DNA of 34,106 nucleotides from a virus (taxonomy: Duplodnaviria; Caudoviricetes): IMG/VR virus record IMGVR_UViG_3300016674_000136, positions 1 through 34,106 of that record; one strand, 5' to 3'. Positions 27,766 through 34,106 of the stretch are shown here, in pieces. A program made the position numbers and the translations under genes. The notes below the pieces were generated by a model. The model saw only the letters and a program-made list of their open reading frames with translations, did not search any database and was not told the DNA's origin. Positions within the stretch are counted from its first letter, which is position 1. The number at the start of each line of letters is the position of its first letter.

Positions 27766-28415
27766 GACTGACTCTCCACGAGGTTCGAAACGAAGCTCAT
27801 GAAGGCTTCAGCGCCCTCCTTGCCCGTCTCTGCTTCGATTTCGGCCATGAAGCGAGCGACGATGCGCTCTTCGGCCACGGTGATGTCCTTGAAGCCGAGC
27901 GCCTTCTCGATCTTCACGCGCTTGTTGTCCACTTCCTTGACTTTGGCGTTGGACTCTTCGCTCTGCTTCTGGACTTCGACTTCGATGTCTTCCACGAAGG
28001 CGTCGGTGTTGTACTCACCAAGGTCGGCTTCCAGGAAGTCCAGCTCCTTCTTGTCGAAGAAGGCGCTCAGGTCGAACTCCAGGTCGGCCAGCTCTTGAGC
28101 CAGCAGGGTGCTGTCCAGATCAGAGATGGCGACACGGTTGTCAGCCAGGCGAAGGGCTCGTACCTGCTCTTCCGTCAGGTCGTCACGCCGCAGCACCGGC
28201 ACCTGCTTCATCCCGAGCTTGATTGCGGCCAGGCGACGGCCGTGACCGGCGTTGATCACGCCATTCTGGTCAACAACGATGGGTTGTGTCCAGCCAAACT
28301 CCTTGATGGACGCCGCGATCTTCTCGACTTGCTTGTCGTCGTGAATCTTGGCGTTTTTGTCGTAGGGCTTGATGTTCTCGATCAGCTCCAGGGCGATGTT
28401 GGGTTTCTTGCTCAT
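27762..28415 (-). CDS. ParB/Srx N-terminal domain protein 2
   Basis: IKPYDKNAKIH...IAASIKEFGWTQPIVVD...AGHGRRLAA...LADNR; start MSKKPNI with an ATGA overlap. Confidence 0.88.
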   Translation of the reverse strand: MSKKPNIALELIENIKPYDKNAKIHDDKQVEKIAASIKEFGWTQPIVVDQNGVINAGHGRRLAAIKLGMKQVPVLRRDDLTEEQVRALRLADNRVAISDLDSTLLAQELADLEFDLSAFFDKKELDFLEADLGEYNTDAFVEDIEVEVQKQSEESNAKVKEVDNKRVKIEKALGFKDITVAEERIVARFMAEIEAETGKEGAEAFMSFVSNLVESQS

Positions 28416-28582
28416 GCGGCGTTTCTCCAGAATTCCTTGAACTCGGTGATGGACATGTCCTCGATGTCGTCGTCCTCTTCGTCTTCGTAGGGCTCGTAGT
28501 TGGAGGCGTCCTCGCAACCGTCGCACTGGAATGGATCGAACTCCGCGTTCATGCAGTTTTCGCACTCTGGGAACTTGTTCAT
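28412..28582 (-). CDS. 56 aa acidic CxxC-x9-CxxC microprotein
   Basis: MNKFPECENCMNAEFDPFQCDGCED...EDEEDDDIED; fills the gap between the two ParB genes. Confidence 0.6.
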   Translation of the reverse strand: MNKFPECENCMNAEFDPFQCDGCEDASNYEPYEDEEDDDIEDMSITEFKEFWRNAA

Positions 28583-28598
28583 TTCAATCACCCGTGAC

Positions 28599-29243
28599 TC
28601 ATTCACCGTTGACAAGTAGATGGACCAGTGCGTTGCCTGCGTTGGAGAGCGAGTCTTCATTGGTGAACCCCTGGTCCTTCATCGTCTTTTCGATCAGCGC
28701 CGTGATCGTGCCCACATCATCGACAGGCACTTTGAAGCGCATGATCTGGTGGGTTTGTACGGGCTTGTCTTTGGGCTGTGCGGGAAGATCGCTTTCTTCC
28801 GGTAGGTCAAGCTCATCAAGCGATATATTCACGCTTGAGAAGATCGAAGCGAAGTCGCTCTCCGAGTACGGCATAAAGGAAGCCAGCTCGTCGGGATCGA
28901 CGCCGAGGTCTTCAAGCAGACTGGCAAGCTGAAGAGTGTCGTCCGCACCGTAGCGGCCGTTGTCCACCAGACCAATCTCTTTGGCTTTCTTGTCGGAGAT
29001 GCGACCGAGGTTGACAACTGGGACTTCCTTCATTGACAAGGAGATAGCTGCTTCCCAGCGGTGTTCTCCACCAATGATCTGCAACGTTCCGTCAGTGAGG
29101 GTGCGAACGATGATGGGTTTGAACATTCCGAAGCGCTTGATGGACTCCTCCAGCTTGTGCTGGTTCTCCGGACTCACCACATTGGTGTTCCAGGGATTCT
29201 TCTTGAGCTGCTTCGGATCGAGATTGTTTAACTCGACGGTCAT
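28599..29243 (-). CDS. ParB/Srx N-terminal domain protein 1
   Basis: LKKNPWNTN...LEESIKRFGMFKPIIVR...IIGGEHRWEAA. Confidence 0.88.
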   Translation of the reverse strand: MTVELNNLDPKQLKKNPWNTNVVSPENQHKLEESIKRFGMFKPIIVRTLTDGTLQIIGGEHRWEAAISLSMKEVPVVNLGRISDKKAKEIGLVDNGRYGADDTLQLASLLEDLGVDPDELASFMPYSESDFASIFSSVNISLDELDLPEESDLPAQPKDKPVQTHQIMRFKVPVDDVGTITALIEKTMKDQGFTNEDSLSNAGNALVHLLVNGE

Positions 29244-29268
29244 TTTGATGTGGCCTTTTTACTGGATC

Positions 29269-29313
29269 AGTCAGTAGTGACTGGAATATAATCCTTATAT
29301 AAGAACTTGGCAA
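29269..29313. promoter_or_regulatory. Divergent promoter region with a palindromic operator
   Basis: Minus strand: TTGCCA (29308-29313), 17 nt spacer, TATATT (29285-29290). Plus strand: TATAAT at 29287-29292. A perfect AGTCA-GTAG-TGACT lies at 29269-29282. Confidence 0.65.
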
Positions 29314-29319
29314 GAGCCT

Positions 29320-30876
29320 ATGGCAAAAGAAATTCCTCCGCAGACGGTCACGATTGCCTACAACGCGACCATCGCAAAACTTCATGAACCCACCCGAGCT
29401 ATGAAGCTGCGGGTGATGTCACTTCTTTCCTACAAAGTTGAGGGTGCGGAACATTCCGCATCGTTCAAGGCAGGCACGTGGGACGGCCGTAGCTCGTTCT
29501 TCAACTTCAACGAGGGAACTTTCCCGGCAGGCTTCGTCAACTTCGTCGCCGGCAACCTCACTCGGGAGGGTCACAAGGTCAACCGGGTGCGCAAGCCTCT
29601 GCCTCTGCCTTTGGGCCCCGAGAACCCGAAGATCGACTCGTTCCCGGAAGACCCTCGCTACGACTACCAGATGGAGACCGTCAACCGCCTGGTGAAGTAC
29701 GGCTCCATGATTGCTCAGGTCGCTACGGGTGGCGGCAAGTCACGGATCGCACGCCTGGCGTTCATGCGGATCAACCGCCCTACTCTGTTCCTCACGACGC
29801 GCTCGATCCTGATGTACCAGATGAAGGACGCGTTCGAAGAGCTGGGCGTGCCCTGCTCGGTTCTGGGAGACGGCCAGTTCGGTCACACGGATGCTGAGGG
29901 CCGGCAGTTCATCAAGAAGATGAGTGTCGGCATGGTGCAGACCCTGGTGGCTCGACTTCAGGAGCCCGATCCACGCGATCCGCCCGAGGTTCAAGCCAAG
30001 CAGGCTGCGATCCGCGCTCAGACGATCAGCCTGCTGTCCAAGTTCGAATTCGTCATCGGTGAAGAGGCTCACGAGGCTTCGGGCAACTCCTACTACGAGA
30101 TTCTTCGGCACTGCAAGAACGCTCACTACCGCCTGGCGCTGACCGCGACACCTTTCATGAAGGAGAGCGAAGAGTCGAACATGCGGTTGATGGCGGCGTT
30201 CGGCTCCATCGGGATTCGCATCTCCGAGAAGATGCTGATCGACCGTGGCATTCTGGCCAAGCCGATCTTCAAGATCGTGAAGCTGTCCAAACAGCCCGAA
30301 GGCTTGCGTCGAAACACGCCCTGGCAGGCTGCCTACCGACTGGGCATCGTGAACAATGCGGAGCGCAACGATCTGATCGTCCAGGAGGCGATGCGGGCGG
30401 CCCGCAACGGTCTGTCCACGATGGTTCTCGTGCAGCAGAAGGCTCACGGGGAGCTGCTGGAGGCCAGCCTGAAGTCGAGCGGGGTTCGCGCTCAGTTCAT
30501 CTTCGGTGAGAACAACCAGAAGGAACGCAAAGAAGCGCTTACCAAGCTCGCCACTGGTGAGATTCAGGTGCTGATCGGTTCAACCATTCTGGACGTTGGT
30601 GTTGACGTTCCCGCTGTCGGCATGGTGATTCTCGCGGGCGGTGGTAAAGCCGAGGTCGCAATGCGTCAGCGGATCGGCCGTGGTCTTCGTGCGAAGAAAA
30701 GGGGGCCGAATATCGCCTTGATCGTGGACTTTTTGGACGAACACAACCACTATTTGAAGGATCACTCGATGCAACGGCTGAACATTCTTCGACAAACGGA
30801 AGGCTTTGCGGAGAATATCCTGCCGATGGGTGACTTCGATTTCGCAGCACTGGGTCTTGAAAGGAAAGCAGCATGA
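29320..30876 (+). CDS. Superfamily 2 DNA helicase (UvsW/D10-like)
   Basis: Q motif YDYQ, Walker A ATGGGKS, motif II EEAH, motif III TAT, motif V GVDVP and motif VI QRIGRGLR. Confidence 0.92.
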   Translation: MAKEIPPQTVTIAYNATIAKLHEPTRAMKLRVMSLLSYKVEGAEHSASFKAGTWDGRSSFFNFNEGTFPAGFVNFVAGNLTREGHKVNRVRKPLPLPLGPENPKIDSFPEDPRYDYQMETVNRLVKYGSMIAQVATGGGKSRIARLAFMRINRPTLFLTTRSILMYQMKDAFEELGVPCSVLGDGQFGHTDAEGRQFIKKMSVGMVQTLVARLQEPDPRDPPEVQAKQAAIRAQTISLLSKFEFVIGEEAHEASGNSYYEILRHCKNAHYRLALTATPFMKESEESNMRLMAAFGSIGIRISEKMLIDRGILAKPIFKIVKLSKQPEGLRRNTPWQAAYRLGIVNNAERNDLIVQEAMRAARNGLSTMVLVQQKAHGELLEASLKSSGVRAQFIFGENNQKERKEALTKLATGEIQVLIGSTILDVGVDVPAVGMVILAGGGKAEVAMRQRIGRGLRAKKRGPNIALIVDFLDEHNHYLKDHSMQRLNILRQTEGFAENILPMGDFDFAALGLERKAA

Positions 30877-31094
30877 GTATCCGCCAATATCACCCTCACA
30901 TAATCCTGAAGATGCGCGAATTGTGGGGAAAGCCCGAGCAATTTGAAGCCTACATCGAAAGCCTTCTCGTGATGGATCGTGAGAATCGCCAAGGTTTCAG
31001 CTTCAACATCATGCAGGAGATTGCTCTGGTTCAAGACGCGCACCGGATTCTGTATGGTGTTCCTCCGAGAGCCTACCAACATCCGGAACTTTGA
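30873..31094 (+). CDS. Hypothetical small helical protein
   Basis: ATGA-coupled to the helicase; pattern PHI....LWG.....Y...LL..DR..RQGF......EI. Confidence 0.7.
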   Translation: MSIRQYHPHIILKMRELWGKPEQFEAYIESLLVMDRENRQGFSFNIMQEIALVQDAHRILYGVPPRAYQHPEL

Positions 31095-31130
31095 TGTATC
31101 CTGTCAGTCATCGCTGACTGAAAGGACACC

Positions 31131-31316
31131 ATGAACCATGCGCTGATCATCAACCTTGCCATCATTGCGGTGGTCGTTCTCGCTCTCATTCTCACCCTCA
31201 ACCCGATGTGTCTGTTTGGCCTGTTCCTGCTGCGGGAAATGCCCTACGGTCTGCTCCAGCGGGAACCTGAAGAGGAAGAAGGTCGCCCCATCGGATTTGT
31301 GCATCCCAAAGACTGA
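31131..31316 (+). CDS. Small membrane protein with an acidic C-terminus ending RPIGFVHPKD
   Basis: RBS AAAGGA; hydrophobic N-terminal 33 aa; preceded by a perfect palindrome at 31106-31119. Confidence 0.65.
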   Translation: MNHALIINLAIIAVVVLALILTLNPMCLFGLFLLREMPYGLLQREPEEEEGRPIGFVHPKD

Positions 31317-31366
31317 AACAACCGAAAGTCGTATATACTCAAAGCGTTGCATGACAACTCTCCTCC

Positions 31367-31394
31367 AAGCCCCTCTCTAGGGGCTTATTTTTTT
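31367..31394 (+). terminator. Rho-independent terminator
   Basis: AAGCCCCT-CTCT-AGGGGCTT followed by ATTTTTTT. Confidence 0.82.
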
Positions 31395-31503
31395 GCCCGT
31401 TGGGAATTGTCTGCTACCATGCAACCGGGTACATAACCCGCGATATACTGACTTTTGTCTGATGTGATCAACTGGTCACAATTTTGATCAACTGGAGAGA
31501 AAC

Positions 31504-31806
31504 ATGACTGAAGCAACCGAAGGTCAAGCGACCGCGACCCCGGCTCGCTACGCCATCCTGACCGACAAGGACACGCAAGCACGTGTCGCCACTCTGTCGA
31601 AGGACCACAAGCTCAACCAAGGCATTGTCGTGTCGGTGATGCTCGACATGCTCGAAGGCAGGCAGGAGTTCATCGACGCCCTGGCAAAGCGCCGGGAAGA
31701 ACGTGTCAGCTCCCGCAGCGGCAAGACCGCCCTTCTGAAGAAGTTGTCCCAGCTCTCCGCTGAGGAACTCGCTGAGCTGGCCAAGCAGTTGGAGAAGAAA
31801 GCGTGA
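31504..31806 (+). CDS. Probable ribbon-helix-helix-like DNA-binding protein
   Basis: RBS GGAG; RYAILT (strand), KDTQARVATLSKDH (helix), NQGIVVSVMLD (helix), then a basic helical tail. Confidence 0.55.
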   Translation: MTEATEGQATATPARYAILTDKDTQARVATLSKDHKLNQGIVVSVMLDMLEGRQEFIDALAKRREERVSSRSGKTALLKKLSQLSAEELAELAKQLEKKA

Positions 31807-32012
31807 CCACGACAGTCTCCCGTGTCCTCATGAACGGTGAGGCTGCCGAGCTGTTGATGGAAACGTGCCGTCTGGTTCGCAACCTGGGCGGCGCGTTTTC
31901 CATCGACCAGGAGTGGGCCAGCAACGACTGGTACGCAACCTTCACGATTCACTGGCCAGATCGGTCACTCGTGACTGCAACTTCTGGGGGTTCCGATGGT
32001 AATGCCGACTAG
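31803..32012 (+). CDS. Hypothetical protein
   Basis: GTGA overlap with the previous gene and a GGAG RBS. Confidence 0.55.
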   Translation: MTTTVSRVLMNGEAAELLMETCRLVRNLGGAFSIDQEWASNDWYATFTIHWPDRSLVTATSGGSDGNAD

Positions 32013-32442
32013 GCCGGTTTCGGTGCGGCCACCAGCGCCGCTCAGGGATGCAGCGTTAGCCATCAAGGAGCCCATCGCTAAGTACAAGGCGTACAAGGCT
32101 GTGCTCATTGGCGAGTCGAATGACCTTTCCAGTCTTGCGGATCGGCTTCGGGCGCTCAGAAACCTTCTCACCTGGGCCGAGAACGAGTACCAGCGTCGTC
32201 AGAAGGCAATTCGAACCTTCACCGATGATGGCTACAACCAGTCGTGCGTCAAGGAGGCCGACCTCAAGGGTCTCACTCTGGTCGAAGCCAACATTCTGGT
32301 GTGGGTCGCGACCTCGCCGAAGTTCTACGAGCAAGAACTGAAGGAAATCGCCGACACCCTGTACGAAATCGAAGGTGGCCAGCGAGACGACACCGAATCG
32401 TCAAGGGACGTTCCAAAGACCAGCACGGGAGAAGCGTGGTGA
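31996..32442 (+). CDS. Hypothetical helical protein ending in TGEAW
   Basis: 148 aa ORF tiled between its neighbours; its stop overlaps the next start (GTGA). Confidence 0.65.
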   Translation: MVMPTRPVSVRPPAPLRDAALAIKEPIAKYKAYKAVLIGESNDLSSLADRLRALRNLLTWAENEYQRRQKAIRTFTDDGYNQSCVKEADLKGLTLVEANILVWVATSPKFYEQELKEIADTLYEIEGGQRDDTESSRDVPKTSTGEAW

Positions 32443-32888
32443 GAGTTCTTGTCTGTGGCGGCCGCGACTACACGGACTCCGCCTTCGTGGATTTCGTTCT
32501 GGACTCGCTGCACGCGAAGAAACCCATCGAGCTGATCATCCAGGGCGAAGCCCAGGGTGCGGACTCCTTTGCGAAGAAGTGGGCCGAGAAGACGCCAGGC
32601 TGCACCTCCTATGGTGTGCCGGCCGACTGGAAAACTCACGGCAGTCGAGCGGGCCCGATTCGAAACCGTCAGATGCTGGAGTACGGCAAACCCAACCTCG
32701 TCGTTGCTTTCGAAGGCGGTGCGGGAACCCGAGACATGTGTGCTGCGGCAACCTCCGCCTGGGTGAAGGTGATCTTCGCCGAGAAACTCCGGCCGCACTT
32801 CAAACCTTCAAAATCCGAAAAAGCGGCATGTGGGTGTGATGTGCTGCCCTGGGAAGACTGCGAACACACGCGAAAGGAGAAGCGATGA
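32439..32888 (+). CDS. SLOG-superfamily (YspA-like/DUF2493) protein
   Basis: RVLVCGGRDY, IIQGEAQGAD, ADW..HG..AGPIRNRQML and VVAFEGGAGTRDM. GTG start at 32439 with a GGGAG RBS. Confidence 0.85.
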   Translation: MRVLVCGGRDYTDSAFVDFVLDSLHAKKPIELIIQGEAQGADSFAKKWAEKTPGCTSYGVPADWKTHGSRAGPIRNRQMLEYGKPNLVVAFEGGAGTRDMCAAATSAWVKVIFAEKLRPHFKPSKSEKAACGCDVLPWEDCEHTRKEKR

Positions 32889-33145
32889 TTTCCTATGAAG
32901 AGTACCTCTGGTACAAAAACCTCTACAGCGGCGCTCTTGAAGAGCGTCACGTGGACAACCAGAACCTTCGAACCTTGACTCGGGATGAGTGGGACAGCGC
33001 TCATTCCGACGCCCGGATCGGCGTCATCGTCTGGCTGAAGGTGCAACTGCTTGACATGAACGTGGCGTTCAAAGAGTACGTATGTCAGCCTCTGAAGGAG
33101 GCTCCGCTGATGCACTACGAACAAACTCACGGGAGCGCATGGTGA
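32885..33145 (+). CDS. Hypothetical protein, one SYExY...Wx7R domain, ends YEQTHGSAW
   Basis: AGGAG RBS and ATGA overlap; paralogous to the next two ORFs. Confidence 0.75.
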   Translation: MISYEEYLWYKNLYSGALEERHVDNQNLRTLTRDEWDSAHSDARIGVIVWLKVQLLDMNVAFKEYVCQPLKEAPLMHYEQTHGSAW

Positions 33146-33354
33146 GTGAAACATACTCCTACGAACTGTACGTGGAGCTTCGCACGAAGCTGCGTCCTGG
33201 CAGAAAGCCTCCCATCACGAAAGAAACCTGGGGCGGGATGAAGGAGTACGACCGCGAGGGAACGATTCTCTGGCTGCGGCAAACGCTGAAGAAACGCGAA
33301 GACGAGCAGGCGAAATTCGCCCCCTATCAACAAACTCACGGGAGTGCATGGTGA
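33142..33354 (+). CDS. Hypothetical protein, one SYExY...Wx7R domain, ends YQQTHGSAW
   Basis: GGGAG lies 6 nt before GTG 33142 (ATG 33139 is the alternative); GTGA overlap with the previous stop. Confidence 0.75.
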   Translation: MSETYSYELYVELRTKLRPGRKPPITKETWGGMKEYDREGTILWLRQTLKKREDEQAKFAPYQQTHGSAW

Positions 33355-33980
33355 ATCCACACGACTACGCTCTATACAAAGCCACGGCCGAAAAACTGGG
33401 CCTTCAGATCATCTTCACCGAACAAAGGTGGAACGAACTGAAGGATGTCGAGCGCAATGCGGTGCTGGCCGACCTCTGGAAAGGAAAGAAAGAACAGCCG
33501 TCGAAGATTCTCGGTCTGAAGGCTGACAAGTGGTGGGTGGACGAATTCTCGTCACCCAACGAAATCGACGTTTCTTACGAAGCCTACCTGGAAGCCAGGA
33601 AGGAAGCGCTGAACCTTGGGGTTGTCGGCATTCGGTACGATCCCATCGACCAAGAGGGCTGGGAACAGACGGTGATCGAAGCCAGAGAGAAGGTCATGAG
33701 AAACTTCCAGGGACTCATTGAGGCTCAAAAGAAGGAACTTGAAAAGACGCTCGACACCTCCTACGAGAACTACCTGCGGCTGCGCGAGCGAGCAAAAGAA
33801 GTTGGAGGCATTCGTCTGGCCTCAGAAGCTCGCTCGGCTAGGGGCTGGGAGAGTCTAAGCCTGCCTGCGAAGCGCAACATCGTTCGGCGAGTGACGGCTC
33901 ACCTTGCTTTAATGGAGAAGCAGCAAAACGAACTTCGGAGCATGGATCAATACGCTCAGACTCACGGAGCGGCGTGGTAA
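33348..33980 (+). CDS. Hypothetical protein, three SYExY...Wx7R domains, ends YAQTHGAAW
   Basis: Coupled start (ATG 33348 or GTG 33351); an internal triplication is visible. Confidence 0.8.
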   Translation: MVNPHDYALYKATAEKLGLQIIFTEQRWNELKDVERNAVLADLWKGKKEQPSKILGLKADKWWVDEFSSPNEIDVSYEAYLEARKEALNLGVVGIRYDPIDQEGWEQTVIEAREKVMRNFQGLIEAQKKELEKTLDTSYENYLRLRERAKEVGGIRLASEARSARGWESLSLPAKRNIVRRVTAHLALMEKQQNELRSMDQYAQTHGAAW

Positions 33981-33989
33981 TCTCGGCTG

Positions 33990-34077
33990 TATAAGGACGT
34001 TCTGGCAGGAACCGGGGTCTGGCCATATAAGGACGTTCTGGCAGGAACCGGGGTCTGGCCATATAAGGACGTTCTGG
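33990..34077. repeat. 36-bp perfect tandem repeat, about 2.4 copies
   Basis: TATAAGGACGTTCTGGCAGGAACCGGGGTCTGGCCA at 33990 and 34026; the first 16 nt recur at 34062. Confidence 0.95.
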
Positions 34078-34106
34078 GAAGGTGGAAGACGAGGAAGGGA
34101 GCGCCC

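Noticed and set aside
27762-29243. ParB genes as a plasmid partition (parABS) locus
   Set aside because: There is no adjacent ParA and no clear central HTH; they resemble terminase-linked ParB/Srx proteins. A role at the palindromes is not excluded.
32628-32650. KTHGS inside the SLOG protein as a further copy of the QTHGSAW tag
   Set aside because: It is internal and falls within the family motif ADWxxxGxxAGPxRN, so it is probably coincidental.
33838-34062. Minus-strand ORF MARPRFLPERPY x2
   Set aside because: It is a by-product of the 36-bp repeat (a multiple of 3) and is antisense to a better-supported gene.
33990-34077. 36-bp repeat as a CRISPR array
   Set aside because: The units are head-to-tail with no spacers, and there are no cas genes in the window.

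Overview
This window is a 34 kb segment of a GC-rich, long-tailed (siphovirus-type) phage, prophage or phage-plasmid. Positions 1-24570 (minus strand) hold a virion morphogenesis region. In transcription order it runs terS, terL, portal, scaffold, major capsid, head-tail joining genes, major tail protein, G/GT chaperones with a -1 frameshift site, tape measure, lambda-like M/L/K/I, a 2014 aa tip protein J with about 11 FN3-like repeats, and a tail fibre truncated at the edge. Upstream of terS (25145-29243, minus strand) is a tightly coupled operon: two ParB-domain proteins, a CxxC microprotein, two small membrane proteins, a soluble ABC ATPase, a thioredoxin, a GNAT-fold enzyme and a winged-helix protein. 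This is a candidate packaging-linked DNA-modification module. The plus strand (29320-33980) carries an SF2 helicase and small accessory genes. It ends in three adjacent proteins built from one unrecognised ~55 aa helical repeat, each terminating in YxQTHG[S/A]AW, followed by a 36-bp tandem repeat. A 14-bp palindrome, AGTCA-N4-TGACT (5 perfect and about 9 near-perfect copies), sits at gene junctions and next to four sigma70-type promoters, which suggests a phage-wide regulon. I saw no integrase, lysis, tRNA or CRISPR features. All family calls come from motif recognition by eye, not from database searches.
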